Assembly (NCBI GenBank): GCA_965216495.1
Contig: OZ244163.1
Span: 683,361 to 747,360, forward strand
Origin: Acidimicrobiia bacterium
Lineage (GTDB): Bacteria; Actinomycetota; Acidimicrobiia; Spongiisociales; ZC4RG35
DNA: 64,000 nt
Direction: 5' to 3'
Shown here: positions 30,316 to 40,711 of the stretch, piece by piece
Layout: every line of letters begins with the position of its first letter
Position numbering within the stretch: the first letter of the stretch is position 1
The notes under the pieces: generated by a model
Told to the model about the DNA's origin: nothing
The model's database searches: none
Seen by the model: the letters and a program-made list of their open reading frames with translations, nothing else
Program-made: the position numbers and the translations under genes

Positions 30316-31467
30316 TTGTCCACAAGGTGGGACACCGGCGAAAATGGGCTTGTGAGTCTCCAGATCGGCCCGATCGCTGTTGACCCGCCTGTGGTGCTTG
30401 CGCCGATGGCCGGGGTGACCAACGCGCCCTTTCGGCGGTTGTGCCGTGAGTTTGGAGCCGGCCTCTACGTGTCAGAGATGATTGGGGCCCGAGGGCTGGT
30501 CGAGGGGAATGTCAAGACGCGCGACATGGCGCGCTTTGCTGACGATGAGGTGCCCCGGTCGATCCAGCTCTATGGGACCGATCCCGAGTACGTCGGCCGC
30601 GCCGTAGCCCTCCTGGTTGCCGAGCACGCCGTTGACCACATTGACATGAACTTCGGTTGCCCCATGGCGAAGGTGACTCGCCACGGTGGTGGAGCGGCTC
30701 TCCCTTGGAAGACCGGGCTCTTTGCTTCCATCGTTGAAGCGGCCGTAATGAGTGCGGGACCGGTGCCGGTGACCCTCAAGTTCCGCAAGGGTATCGACGA
30801 CGATCACTTGACCTACCTGGAGGTCGGCCGGATCGCCGAGTCTCTGGGTGTGGCAGCCATCGCCCTTCATGCCAGAACGGCGCATCAGCTCTATGCGGGC
30901 GTCGCCGATTGGAGCGCAATCGCCGCCCTCAAGGATGAGGTTGACTCAATCCCGGTCCTGGGCAATGGCGATATCTGGGTGGCCGACGACGCGGTGAGGA
31001 TGATGGCCGAGACGGGCTGCGATGGTGTCGTGGTGGGTCGTGGGTGCCTGGGGCGTCCTTGGTTGTTTCGTGACTTGGCCGACGTGATGGCCGGGAGGGA
31101 GCCTCAGTCGCCGCCGAGTCTCGGCGAGATTGGTGAGATCATGCTCCGGCACGCTCAGCTGTTGGTGGACCACTTCGGTGATCCGCGTGGCGTGGTTCTC
31201 TTCCGCAAACATCCGCCCTGGTACTTGAAGGGATTCCCTGTCGGGCCGAGAATCCGTGATCGCTTCTCACGCATATCCTCACTCAATGAGTTGGCGGAGC
31301 TCGTGGCGGGTCTTCCTCATGATGAGGAATACCCCGCAGCCGCCAACACCATGGTCAGGGGTCACAGCCATGGACCTCGAATGGTTCGACTTCCCCATGG
31401 CTTCTTGGACGATCGGACTTCTGAGGGTCTGCCGGCCGAGGCCGCGGTGGCGGTCAGTGGCGGCTGA
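30316..31467 (+). CDS. dus: tRNA-dihydrouridine synthase (Dus family)
   Basis: ...LQIGPIAVDPPVVLAPMAGVTNAPFR...NFGCP... The likely true start is the GTG at 30352 rather than the TTG at 30316. Confidence 0.8.
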   Translation: MSTRWDTGENGLVSLQIGPIAVDPPVVLAPMAGVTNAPFRRLCREFGAGLYVSEMIGARGLVEGNVKTRDMARFADDEVPRSIQLYGTDPEYVGRAVALLVAEHAVDHIDMNFGCPMAKVTRHGGGAALPWKTGLFASIVEAAVMSAGPVPVTLKFRKGIDDDHLTYLEVGRIAESLGVAAIALHARTAHQLYAGVADWSAIAALKDEVDSIPVLGNGDIWVADDAVRMMAETGCDGVVVGRGCLGRPWLFRDLADVMAGREPQSPPSLGEIGEIMLRHAQLLVDHFGDPRGVVLFRKHPPWYLKGFPVGPRIRDRFSRISSLNELAELVAGLPHDEEYPAAANTMVRGHSHGPRMVRLPHGFLDDRTSEGLPAEAAVAVSGG

Positions 31468-31472
31468 CTGAC

Positions 31473-32393
31473 TCAGCCGGTCTTACCAGGTCGCCTGGTC
31501 GCATACCCAGCTACGGCCGAGAGGAGAAGGTGAGCAGTTGTATCGACGGTCAGGTGGTCCCGATCGATCGAAGGGTCTACTTCGACAAAGTCCATCGCGA
31601 CTACAGATGAGTGACTGGCACAGCGAGTAACGCCTTCGCTCAGCTGTCGGACGGTGAGGCCTCCGGGGCGTGCGCCGGGGCAGCCCGGAGCGAACGCGCT
31701 GTCCAGGACGTCAACGTCGACGTCAACATAGACGCGGGAACAGAAGCCACCTAGGTGGGCGAGAGCTACGTCGACCGCGGCCCTCATTCCAACCTTCTCG
31801 ACCTGTTCGACCGTCACCGTCTCGATCCCGACCTCGTCGCAGTAGCCGCGGTATTGGGCCGAGTTGGCGAAGGAGTGGATGCCAATCTGGACCACGTTCT
31901 TGCCTGGCAGGCCGTGTTGCTCGATCAGACCTCGAATCGGGGTCCCGTTGCTGGGCCCATCGTCAAGTGAGCGAACGTCGTGGTGCGCGTCGAATGTGAT
32001 GACACCGGTCTTGCGAATGTCATCGCCTGACAGCCCGGCCACGAGAGGCCGAGTGATGGCGTTGTCGCCGCCGAGGAACAGTGTCAGGTCAGCATCAGGA
32101 AGGCTTCCAACCAAGTCGGCTACCGCGACGATCATCTCGTTTGGTTCGAGACCTGTGACGGGCCAGTTGCCCAGGTCCGCGGTCGAGACGGTGGAGAAGT
32201 CGACGCCGAGTTCGCCGTGGAAAGTGGAGAAGCGGCTGAGTCGGTCGCGAACATGCAGAGGTGCGAGGTCGGCGCGAGATGGTGTCAGCGATGCCGCAGA
32301 CGACGGGACTCCGACCACTAGTACGTCAGGAGAGGGTGTGTCTTGAGCGAGCCACACCGAGGCACGGGGCCAGTTCGGATCAACGATCGCCAT
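31473..32393 (-). CDS. hutG: Formimidoylglutamase (arginase/ureohydrolase family)
   Basis: Arginase-fold Mn sites (...FDAHHD..., ...DVDVDVLD..., ...[12 protein letters not shown]). It overlaps the hutU stop. Confidence 0.75.
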   Translation of the reverse strand: MAIVDPNWPRASVWLAQDTPSPDVLVVGVPSSAASLTPSRADLAPLHVRDRLSRFSTFHGELGVDFSTVSTADLGNWPVTGLEPNEMIVAVADLVGSLPDADLTLFLGGDNAITRPLVAGLSGDDIRKTGVITFDAHHDVRSLDDGPSNGTPIRGLIEQHGLPGKNVVQIGIHSFANSAQYRGYCDEVGIETVTVEQVEKVGMRAAVDVALAHLGGFCSRVYVDVDVDVLDSAFAPGCPGARPGGLTVRQLSEGVTRCASHSSVVAMDFVEVDPSIDRDHLTVDTTAHLLLSAVAGYATRRPGKTG

Positions 32394-34047
32394 CGAGCAT
32401 GGGGATGTCTACTCCCCGTTCCTTGGCAACTCTGCGCGCCTTTTCATACCCGGCGTCGGCGTGGCGCATGACCCCGGTCCCAGGGTCGTTGGTCAAAACC
32501 GTTTGGACTCTCTTTGCGCCCTGGTCCGTTCCGTCGGCGACCACCTGGGCTCCGGAATGGATGGAGTTCCCGATGCCCACCCCACCGCCGTGGTGAACTG
32601 CAACCCAGGCTGCGCCCGACGACACGTTCAGCATCGCGTTGAGAATGGGCCAGTCGGCCACAGCGTCTGATCCGTCGGCCATGGCCTCTGTCTCTCGATA
32701 CGGTGATGCCACCGAGCCGGAGTCGAGGTGGTCTCTTCCAATCACAATCGGTGCTGAAACCTCGCCGGAAGCCACCAACTCATTGAACCGTAGGCCTGCG
32801 AGATGCCGTTCCCCATAGGAAAGCCAGCAGATGCGCGCCGGAAGACCCTGGAAATGGACCTTCTCGCCCGCCATGTGGAGCCATCTCAGCAGGGGTTCGT
32901 TGTCTGGGAACAGATCTGCCAGGGCGCGATCGGTGGCCGCGATGTCGGCAGGATCCCCGCTCAGGGCCATCCATCGGAAGGGTCCGGATCCCTCAGCAAA
33001 CAGGTCTCGGATATATGCGGGGACGAATCCTGGATAGGAGAAGGCGTCGGAGTAGCCGGCCGTCTGTGCTTCGCCGCGAAGGTTGTTGCCGTAGTCGAAC
33101 ACTTCCGATCCGGCTCGCTGGAAGCCCACCATGGCTTCGCATTGAGTGGCCATGGACTCACGGGCCGCCTTGATGTATGTGTCGGGATCATCTCGCCTGA
33201 GGTCTGCCGCTTCTTCCAACGTGTAGCCGGAAGGCACATAGCCGTACAACGGATCGTGCGCAGAGGTCTGGTCGGTGACGATGTCGATCTCGACGTCTGC
33301 CTTGAGCAGCTCAGCGAATAGGTCGGCCGCGTTCCCCTCGATGCCGATCGAGAGTGGGCGCCGCTCGGCCTTTGCCTGTGTCGCCAATCTGATCGCCTCT
33401 TCCAGAGTTTCGGCTTTCACGTCGAGATAGCCGGTCTCGAGTCGCCGCTCGATGCGGTGGGGATCGACGTCCACGCAGAGAGCAACACCACCATTCATTG
33501 TGATGGCGAGGGGTTGAGCGCCTCCCATGCCACCGAGACCTCCGGTCAGGGTGAGGGTCCCAGCCAGTGTGCCGCCAAACTCCTTATCGGCGATCGCCAC
33601 GAAGGTTTGGTACGTGCCTTGAAGGATCCCTTGGGTTCCGATGTAGATCCATGATCCGGCGGTCATCTGTCCGTACATCATCAGCCCTTTGGCTTCGAGG
33701 TCCCAGAAGTGGTCCAACGTTGCCCACTTCGGAACCAGGAGACTGTTGGCGATCAGTACGCGTGGGGCCATGTCGTGTGTGCGGAAGACGCCCACTGGCT
33801 TGCCCGACTGCACCAGCAGGGTCTCGTCGTTTTCCAGTCGTTGCAGAGTCGCCACGATCGCGTGCAGGGACTCGATGTTGCGGGCCGCCTTGCCGCGTCC
33901 CCCGTAAACGATCAGGTTCTCTGGGTCTTCGGCAACGTCGGGGTCGAGGTTGTTCAGGAGGCACCGCAGTGCTGCTTCCTGGAGCCAGCCTTTGGTGTTC
34001 AGGTCGCTACCCCGGGGGGCGTGTAGGGGGAAGGTGAGGTCGAGCAT
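32380..34047 (-). CDS. hutU: Urocanate hydratase
   Basis: Full length with strong family pattern (...[14 protein letters not shown]..., ...[10 protein letters not shown]..., ...DQTSAHDP...). Confidence 0.95.
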   Translation of the reverse strand: MLDLTFPLHAPRGSDLNTKGWLQEAALRCLLNNLDPDVAEDPENLIVYGGRGKAARNIESLHAIVATLQRLENDETLLVQSGKPVGVFRTHDMAPRVLIANSLLVPKWATLDHFWDLEAKGLMMYGQMTAGSWIYIGTQGILQGTYQTFVAIADKEFGGTLAGTLTLTGGLGGMGGAQPLAITMNGGVALCVDVDPHRIERRLETGYLDVKAETLEEAIRLATQAKAERRPLSIGIEGNAADLFAELLKADVEIDIVTDQTSAHDPLYGYVPSGYTLEEAADLRRDDPDTYIKAARESMATQCEAMVGFQRAGSEVFDYGNNLRGEAQTAGYSDAFSYPGFVPAYIRDLFAEGSGPFRWMALSGDPADIAATDRALADLFPDNEPLLRWLHMAGEKVHFQGLPARICWLSYGERHLAGLRFNELVASGEVSAPIVIGRDHLDSGSVASPYRETEAMADGSDAVADWPILNAMLNVSSGAAWVAVHHGGGVGIGNSIHSGAQVVADGTDQGAKRVQTVLTNDPGTGVMRHADAGYEKARRVAKERGVDIPMLDGDR

Positions 34048-34072
34048 TCTCCACGCAGCCTATACGCCCCAG

Positions 34073-34190
34073 CTGTTGTGCAGATCCGTACCCGTGAGGC
34101 TCATTTCTGCACAACAGATCTGTTGTGCAGCGTCCAATGGATCTGTTGTGCAATTCCGTGCCCGTTAGGACCGTATCTGCACAATCGATC
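34073..34190. promoter_or_regulatory. Repeat-rich putative operator array upstream of hutU
   Basis: Five copies of a TTGTGCA(G/A) core, including a perfect 24-bp palindrome CTGCACAACAGATCTGTTGTGCAG (34107-34130). There are also two ~27-bp direct repeats TGTTGTGCA(g/a)(a/t)TCCGT(a/g)CCCGT(g/t)AGG (34074-34100 and 34144-34170). Confidence 0.6.
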
Positions 34191-34999
34191 TACTTGCGGA
34201 GCATCCCGTCCAGCCGACGCGAGGCGACGAGAGCCCCCAGCAAACCCATTACCACCAGGTAGGCGGCGTGGCCCACCATGGACAGGTCAGGCGCACCAAG
34301 GGTGAAGCCGCGGAGTAGCTCGGTACCGTGATAGAGCGGAGAAACTCGGGCAACCTGCTGCAGAGCCTCCGGGTAGATGTCGAGGGGGTAAAACGTTCCC
34401 GAGAACAAGAACAGCGGCATGGTGACCAGCGTGACCAAATCGAAGTCCTGCCACGAACGCATGTAGGTGCTGGCGGCGAGCCCCACGGCCCCGAAGGCGA
34501 ACCCGATGAGGGTGGCGGCCGGGACCGCAAGGAGCGCGAGCCACGAGTTGGTGAGACCCATCAGCGCCATGACCCCGATGAAAGCGGTCGAGTAGAGGGC
34601 GCCGCGCAGCAATGCCCAACCGATCTCCCCAATGGCGATGTCCATCGGCTTCATGGGGGTGGTGAGGATTCCTTCGTAGGTCTTGCCGAAGTGCAGCTTG
34701 AAGAAGATGTTGAAGGTGGTCTCGATGACCGAGCCGTTCATCGCGGATGCGGCCATCATGGCGGGCGCCACGAAGGCGGCGTACGGGATGAGCGTTCCGC
34801 CCGGGCCGGCTACATCTCCGACTAGGGCTCCCACTCCGACCCCGACAGCGAACAAGTAGAACACAGGCTCGAAGAATCCGCTGAACACCACCTTCCACAG
34901 ACGGCGGTAGGCGATGTAGTTCTTCTCCCATATCCGATGGGCACGGAAGGGCGTGATCGACCCAACCGGAGTAATGCGACTCGGGGCCTGGACGCTCAT
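34190..34999 (-). CDS. ABC-2 type transporter permease
   Basis: Start is the ATG at 34999, overlapping the upstream stop (ATGA). Six TM segments. Confidence 0.65.
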   Translation of the reverse strand: MSVQAPSRITPVGSITPFRAHRIWEKNYIAYRRLWKVVFSGFFEPVFYLFAVGVGVGALVGDVAGPGGTLIPYAAFVAPAMMAASAMNGSVIETTFNIFFKLHFGKTYEGILTTPMKPMDIAIGEIGWALLRGALYSTAFIGVMALMGLTNSWLALLAVPAATLIGFAFGAVGLAASTYMRSWQDFDLVTLVTMPLFLFSGTFYPLDIYPEALQQVARVSPLYHGTELLRGFTLGAPDLSMVGHAAYLVVMGLLGALVASRRLDGMLRK

Positions 35000-35784
35000 G
35001 GCCGAATTCTCCGGTCGAGAAACCTGATCGAGAGGTATATGCCAATGGCCAGCATCACCATCAAATACACAAGGTGAATCCACGGTGACATGTCCGTCAC
35101 CACTGGAGCGCCGGCATCAGGAAGGGCCAGCTTGCGAACGAGTTCGACACCATGGAAAAGGGGAGTGACGAACGCCACCGGCTGCAGCCACCCCGGCAGT
35201 TGGCTGATCGGAAAGAAGGTGCCCGAAAAGAGAAACAGCGGCACAATGGCGAAGCGAAAAAGTGCTGACAGGCTCCGTCCGTCCTCTTGGGTGAGAGTCC
35301 ACGCTGTGATCACGGAAACGAATGCGAGACCGGTGAGCACCGCAGGGCCGAGTGCGGTCAGCGCTGGCACTAGATCGATGGCATCAAACGCTACGGCGAT
35401 GCCGGTGAAGACTGTCACCACGAAGAGCAGGCGACCGACTCCCCAGATGAGTCTCCCCCAAATGATGTCAGCAGGATCCAGTGGTGTGGTGATCGTGCCG
35501 TGGAAGTTCTTTCGCCACTCGACAGCCGCCATCACCGGGAACGAGCCATCGCCAGCACCCACTTGCATGGCAGTGGCTGCCATCAGCCCGGGGGCCAGGA
35601 AGACTACGAAAGGCATTCCTAGAACGTTTTCGCCGCGGTCGACCATGGTTCCCAGACCCAGCCCCATCGCGGCCAGGTAGAAGATTGGGTTCACGAACGA
35701 ACTGATCACCGTCCCCCGCCACGTCCGGCGGTAGGCGATGACCTCAGACTCGGCGAACCGAAGCGACCTCGATAGCGCCGTCAT
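34996..35784 (-). CDS. ABC-2 type transporter permease
   Basis: 262 aa, hydrophobic, translationally coupled to the ATPase gene. Confidence 0.65.
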   Translation of the reverse strand: MTALSRSLRFAESEVIAYRRTWRGTVISSFVNPIFYLAAMGLGLGTMVDRGENVLGMPFVVFLAPGLMAATAMQVGAGDGSFPVMAAVEWRKNFHGTITTPLDPADIIWGRLIWGVGRLLFVVTVFTGIAVAFDAIDLVPALTALGPAVLTGLAFVSVITAWTLTQEDGRSLSALFRFAIVPLFLFSGTFFPISQLPGWLQPVAFVTPLFHGVELVRKLALPDAGAPVVTDMSPWIHLVYLMVMLAIGIYLSIRFLDRRIRP

Positions 35785-36710
35785 CAGTCGACGAGCCTCC
35801 GTCCTGTAAGACGAAGGAACACGTCTTCAAGAGTCGACCGACGAACGAGGACCTGCTCGGGGTGAATACCTCGAGAGCTCATTCCGTGCTGGGTGTCGTC
35901 GGCGTCTTCGGTATAGAGCAGCACTCGATCGGCAAGCACTTCGGATCGGGTGGCCAATCCGTCTAGTTGGAGCACGGCAGCGTCCTTCTGACCGTTGGCG
36001 AATCTCAGTTCGACCACCTCCTTGGTGGCATAGTCCTCGATCAGTTTTCTCGGCGAGCCCTCGGCCACGATCTTGCCTTCGTCCATCACCACGAGACGGT
36101 CGCAGAGCTGTTCAGCTTCGTCCATGTAGTGCGTCGTCACGATCAGCGTCGCGCCCTCCTGCTTCAGGCGATAAAGCCGATCCCACAGCAAGTGACGGGC
36201 GGCGGGATCGAGACCGGTTGTGGGTTCGTCGAGGATGATCAGGTCGGGGTTGTTGATCAGAGCACGTGCGATGGTCAGTCTCCGCTTCATTCCACCCGAC
36301 AGTGGCTCGACCCGTGAATCCCGGCGCTCGGACAGTTGAGCGAACTCGAGAAGCTCGTCGATACGTGGATTGATCTGGGCCTTCTTCATGTCGTGGTAGC
36401 GGCCGTAGACATAGAGGTTTTCGGCGACCGTCAACTCCATGTCGAGATTGTCCTCTTGGGGTACGACTCCCAGTCGACTGCGGATCGAACGGCCATCTAC
36501 TCGGGGGTCGATGCCGAACACGGTGAGGTGGCCCTCGGTGATGGGACTCACCGTTGTGATCATCTTCATCGTCGATGTCTTGCCAGCACCGTTGGGTCCC
36601 AGGAACCCGAAGGCCTCGCCCGGATGTATCTCAAAATCGACGTTGTCTACTGCGGTGAAGTCGTCGAAACGTTTGGTCAGGCCGCGCGCTTCAACCAGAA
36701 AGTCGTTCAT
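35784..36710 (-). CDS. ABC transporter ATP-binding protein (DrrA/NodI-like exporter ATPase)
   Basis: GPNGAGKTST, LSGGMKRR, ILDEPTTGLD. Confidence 0.85.
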   Translation of the reverse strand: MNDFLVEARGLTKRFDDFTAVDNVDFEIHPGEAFGFLGPNGAGKTSTMKMITTVSPITEGHLTVFGIDPRVDGRSIRSRLGVVPQEDNLDMELTVAENLYVYGRYHDMKKAQINPRIDELLEFAQLSERRDSRVEPLSGGMKRRLTIARALINNPDLIILDEPTTGLDPAARHLLWDRLYRLKQEGATLIVTTHYMDEAEQLCDRLVVMDEGKIVAEGSPRKLIEDYATKEVVELRFANGQKDAAVLQLDGLATRSEVLADRVLLYTEDADDTQHGMSSRGIHPEQVLVRRSTLEDVFLRLTGRRLVD

Positions 36711-36784
36711 TCGGCGCCACGGTACAGCTGCCAGCCGACAAATAACTCCGGATTAGGCAGACCGGCGACCGGTTTAGCGATCCG

Positions 36785-37279
36785 CTAGTAGCGATCAAGC
36801 CGGATCACGGCGTCGGCGTTCTTCCGCCCCCCGAACCGTGCAGGCCGAGCGTCCTCGGCCGGGTATCCGAGTGCGATGGCATACCGAACGATGGCTCCCT
36901 GAGGAGCTTCCATAAATGCCGCGGCATCGGAGTGTCGATGCAGGGTGATGGGACAGGAAGCGACTCCAATGGCCTTGGCCGCCAGCATCATGTTTTGCGC
37001 CGCCCGGCCGATGTCGAACATGTTGCCCCCGGGTTCTTGAACCAGGACGATGGTCGCCACTGAGTCCCTGACCGGCTGGGTGAAGTCGCCGTGAGCGGCG
37101 AGTCCTTCGAGTCGCTCACGGTCGGTGACGGCGACGAAGGTCCACGATTGGCGATTCTTTGAGGACCCTGTCCATCGCCCGGCCTCGAGGATGGCTCCGA
37201 GATCGTCGTTGCTGAGCGGCTCAGCCTTGTAGGAACGCAAAGCTCTCAGCCCAAGGATGAATTCATAGTGGTCGTTCAT
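36785..37279 (-). CDS. Nitroreductase family protein
   Basis: ...RALRSY...NRQSWTFVAV... FMN-binding pattern. Length is 164 aa. Confidence 0.7.
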   Translation of the reverse strand: MNDHYEFILGLRALRSYKAEPLSNDDLGAILEAGRWTGSSKNRQSWTFVAVTDRERLEGLAAHGDFTQPVRDSVATIVLVQEPGGNMFDIGRAAQNMMLAAKAIGVASCPITLHRHSDAAAFMEAPQGAIVRYAIALGYPAEDARPARFGGRKNADAVIRLDRY

Positions 37280-37297
37280 GCCCCAACGATACGTTGG

Positions 37298-37759
37298 CTA
37301 TTTGGGGTAGAGGATCATCTGAGTGCATCGGAAGTGCGCCAACGGACGGCCGGTCTCCTCGTCGGAGACGACTACATCCCAGACCTGTGTTGTATTTCCG
37401 CCGTGAACCAAAGAGGCCTCGCCAACCAACGACCCTTCGAGCAAGGTGCCGACGAAGTTGGTTTTCAGCTCGATCGTCGTGAATCCGGATGCGCGAACTG
37501 GGAGCGATGCCATGCATCCATAGCCAGCGGCCGTGTCTGCCAGGCTCACGACGGTCCCCGCGTGCAAGTAGCCGTTAGGGGCGAGGTGTTTGGTCGCGAG
37601 TTCGCAACGGATCGACGCCTGTCCCTCTGCCAACGACACGATCTCGAGACCGAGATGGCCGGGAAGCCGATCGGCGCCGATGGCGTTGAGCATGTCGCGA
37701 AGTTGGTCGGGTGGGGCCGGCGTCATCCGAAAGACGTTACCGGCCGGTCGCTTTTGCAT
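37298..37759 (-). CDS. PaaI-family hotdog thioesterase
   Basis: ...GYLHAGTVVSLADTAAGYG... motif. Start is the ATG at 37759. Confidence 0.65.
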   Translation of the reverse strand: MQKRPAGNVFRMTPAPPDQLRDMLNAIGADRLPGHLGLEIVSLAEGQASIRCELATKHLAPNGYLHAGTVVSLADTAAGYGCMASLPVRASGFTTIELKTNFVGTLLEGSLVGEASLVHGGNTTQVWDVVVSDEETGRPLAHFRCTQMILYPK

Positions 37760-37779
37760 AGAGGTGATAGGTTTTGGCC

Positions 37780-38505
37780 ATGGCAACTCCAACTCCACAC
37801 ATCTCTGCCGAAGCCGGCGACTTCGCTCCCTCCATTCTTCTTCCGGGCGACCCGTTGCGCGCCAAGCACATCGCCGACAACTTCTTCGGCGACTCCCGCC
37901 AGGTGACTGCCGTCCGGAACATGCTGGGATTCACCGGCACATACAAGGGGACGCCTGTTTCCGTGATGGGGACCGGGATGGGCATCCCGTCGGCTTCGAT
38001 CTACGCCACGGAGCTTGTCAACGACTATGGGGTCGAGAACCTGATCAGGGTCGGATCGTGTGGTGCCGTCACCGAGAAGGTGGCGGTGCGCGACGTCATC
38101 CTGGGGATCGGCGCCTGCACCGACTCGTTGGTCAACCGGACCAGGTACGGCGGGCTCGACTTCGCTGCCACGGCCGACTTCTGGCTCCTGAAGGCCGCCG
38201 CTGAAGCGGCCTCAAACAAGGGAATCCAGGTGAAGGTCGGGAACCTTCATTCGGCCGACCTGTTCTACAACCCCGATAGTGAAGCCTTCGATCGCATGGA
38301 GCGAATGGGTGTGCTCGCGGTGGAGATGGAGGCTGCGGGTCTCTATGGAGTGGCGGCTGAGCACGGTGCCCGCGCACTCACCATCTGCACCGTCTCCGAC
38401 CACATCCGCACCGGGGAGGCAACCTCCTCCGATGAGCGTCAGAGCACCTTCAACGAGATGGTTGAGATTGCCCTCGATGCAGTGATCATCGACTCGTCGC
38501 GCTGA
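37780..38505 (+). CDS. deoD: Purine nucleoside phosphorylase, DeoD-type
   Basis: [32 protein letters not shown]...[16 protein letters not shown]... matches DeoD across its whole length. Confidence 0.9.
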   Translation: MATPTPHISAEAGDFAPSILLPGDPLRAKHIADNFFGDSRQVTAVRNMLGFTGTYKGTPVSVMGTGMGIPSASIYATELVNDYGVENLIRVGSCGAVTEKVAVRDVILGIGACTDSLVNRTRYGGLDFAATADFWLLKAAAEAASNKGIQVKVGNLHSADLFYNPDSEAFDRMERMGVLAVEMEAAGLYGVAAEHGARALTICTVSDHIRTGEATSSDERQSTFNEMVEIALDAVIIDSSR

Positions 38506-38506
38506 A

Positions 38507-39463
38507 CTAAGGATTGATCGATCGAGCCTCCCAATCGGCTCGATCGATCACCCAACATCCGTCGCTCTGGAAGTAGGCGGACCACGCCTCGCAGCTTCCG
38601 TTTATACGGAACTCGATTCGGTCGACCGCCGGGTACTGGAAGATGTTGGTGTGCAGTTCCGCCTGGAATCCCTCACTCCCGGACGAGGTGGTCGCGTTAT
38701 TGACGTAAATAGCGTCATTGAAGTCCACGACCAGATAGCCGTCTTCAAGATTCGCCGAGATGAGCGCGTCAGCGGTCTCAGGTCCGAAGAACGAACTGAA
38801 TCCGATCGACCTTTCGAAGTCGGTCGGCCCAGCCAGGAGACCGAAGATCGTTCCCAAGACGGGGTCAGTCCCAACCTCGAGCGGTCGCATCACGGGCTTG
38901 AACGGGAACTCGTTGTCCAGGCCCATGTCACACGGGAAGGCCACGGCAATGGCGTTCTCTGGGGTCGGAGGCTCAAACTCGTAGTCCTGGCACGCACCGA
39001 AAACCGACTCGGTTGAGAGAATCACCGTGGTCCCGTCGGAGATCGGTTCTCCTGCGCTTGGCACCTGCCCTGCGATTGTGGCTGTCGGGTCGGCGGTTTC
39101 TGGCTCAACAGAAAACTCCACGACGAGCTCATCGAGTTGCTGGGAGGCCTCTGCCACCGTCAGACCGATCAGATCAGGCATCATGAGACTGGGAGCCAAA
39201 GTCGACGGAGGGGTGGTATCGACTGAGGTCGTTGGCGGTGCCGGGGGAGTTGTGCCAATCGGATCTGTTTCGGTTGCTCGGTCGAAGAGCAATGGGACCG
39301 CAAACAACAGGGCAACGGCCATGGCTCCGCCGGCAAAGGCAACCACCGGGTTCGCCCACCAGTTGGTCCGTGCGGGCCTGGACCTCAGGTCGGTGTAGCG
39401 GGGAGGCAGGGGAGCCTCATCGACGATCTCTTCGAACGCAGCTTTGATTTGGTTTTCGGTCAT
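38507..39463 (-). CDS. Sigma-associated single-pass membrane protein with extracytoplasmic PASTA and GerMN-like domains (possible anti-sigma)
   Basis: Short N-terminal cytoplasmic segment and a TM (VVAFAGGAMAVALLFAVPLLF). PASTA-like segment (PDLIGLTVAEASQQLDELVVEF...TVILSTES) and C-terminal GerMN-like region. Overlaps the sigma gene with ATGA. Confidence 0.55.
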   Translation of the reverse strand: MTENQIKAAFEEIVDEAPLPPRYTDLRSRPARTNWWANPVVAFAGGAMAVALLFAVPLLFDRATETDPIGTTPPAPPTTSVDTTPPSTLAPSLMMPDLIGLTVAEASQQLDELVVEFSVEPETADPTATIAGQVPSAGEPISDGTTVILSTESVFGACQDYEFEPPTPENAIAVAFPCDMGLDNEFPFKPVMRPLEVGTDPVLGTIFGLLAGPTDFERSIGFSSFFGPETADALISANLEDGYLVVDFNDAIYVNNATTSSGSEGFQAELHTNIFQYPAVDRIEFRINGSCEAWSAYFQSDGCWVIDRADWEARSINP

Positions 39464-39948
39464 GACAGAACCCTTTCGACCCGCTCTCGGGCCAGATGGA
39501 GATAGCGGCGCACCGTGGCCGGTCGCACGCCGAGAATGCGAGCTGCTTCTACGGCTGTCCGTTCTTCGTAAAAGACGAGATAGGCAGCGGCGCGTTGACG
39601 AGATGGAAGGTCATCGAGAACCTGGCGAACTTCGTAGGTGCTGTCGATGCCGCCCGACGCTCGTTCGGGGACAGACGCCATGGCCATGGTCCGGCGCCGT
39701 GCGCGGGTCCGCTTGAGCCCGTTCGACTCGTTGAGGACGGCCTTCATCAAGTATGGACCGGGCTCATCCAGGGCCACCAAACCGCCTCGCCGAGTTAGGG
39801 CTTTCGTGATGACAGCACTGACGACGTCCTCAGCCTCGGTGGGACCCACCAGCGCAGTGGCGAATCGCATCAGCCGTGGGCTGACATCGTTGTATATGTC
39901 TTCGTTGGTCACACCCGTATCACGCTGTGGGTCCGACGAACGTTGCAC
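39460..39948 (-). CDS. ECF-type RNA polymerase sigma factor
   Basis: Region 2 and region 4 (AARILGVRPATVRRYLHLARERV) are present. Length is 162 aa. Confidence 0.8.
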   Translation of the reverse strand: MQRSSDPQRDTGVTNEDIYNDVSPRLMRFATALVGPTEAEDVVSAVITKALTRRGGLVALDEPGPYLMKAVLNESNGLKRTRARRRTMAMASVPERASGGIDSTYEVRQVLDDLPSRQRAAAYLVFYEERTAVEAARILGVRPATVRRYLHLARERVERVLS

Positions 39949-40027
39949 GAAAGTTTGCGAGTTTGCCAGTCGTGGGTCTCGGTAATAACCGTTAGACAGT
40001 TAGCTTATTACAGGTTAACCTCGCTGG

Positions 40028-40711
40028 ATGCCGGAAACGACTAGAGCCATTGTGGGTCGCGCGGTGAAGGACTCGCTTCCACTGTTTGTGCCTGCGGTGC
40101 CGTTCGCGTTCGTAATCGGTCTGGCGATCATTGAATCGGGGATTAGCAAGTTCGTCGGATGGTCGACCTCGTGGCTGATTTTTGGTGGGGCTGCACAGCT
40201 GACCCTCATCTCGTTGCTGGGCTCCGGAGCAGCAGTAGCAGCGGCGATCGCGGCCGCATTGGTGGTAAATGCCCGCCACCTCATGTATTCGGCGGCGTTG
40301 GCCCCGGTGTTTCAGCCTCAGCCGACGTGGTTTCGCTGGGCGGGACCGTATGTGCTCATCGATCAAGTGTTTGCGCTGGCCACCCTCGAGGCCGAGTCAG
40401 ATGCCCAGACCTTGCGGGCCTACTACATCGCGTCCGGTCTCACGTTCTGGACTCTATGGCAGGTAACGACCGCCCTCGGCCTGTTCCTGGGGCCGGTCAT
40501 CCCCGTGTCATGGAATCTTCAGTTCGCGGTTCCCCTCCTGTTCATGGGTCTGATCGTCATTGGCAACGACAAGGCCTCGAAGTGGGTCGCAGCCTTCGTC
40601 GGTGCAATGGTCACCTACCTAACGGCAGGTCTGCCAAGCCGGTCCGGTCTTCTCGTCGGGGCAGTCGTCGGAATCCTTGCTGGAACACTGGCCGAGAGGA
40701 CTCGACGATGA
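40028..40711 (+). CDS. azlC: AzlC-family branched-chain amino acid permease
   Basis: 227 aa with the AzlC pattern (...VPFAFVIGLA...). Confidence 0.8.
   Translation: MPETTRAIVGRAVKDSLPLFVPAVPFAFVIGLAIIESGISKFVGWSTSWLIFGGAAQLTLISLLGSGAAVAAAIAAALVVNARHLMYSAALAPVFQPQPTWFRWAGPYVLIDQVFALATLEAESDAQTLRAYYIASGLTFWTLWQVTTALGLFLGPVIPVSWNLQFAVPLLFMGLIVIGNDKASKWVAAFVGAMVTYLTAGLPSRSGLLVGAVVGILAGTLAERTRR

Noticed and set aside
34287-35045. 252-aa minus-strand ORF, alternate frame
   Set aside because: Frame-shifted overlap of the ABC-2 permease gene. It is Arg/His/Pro-rich, typical of GC-rich off-frame ORFs.
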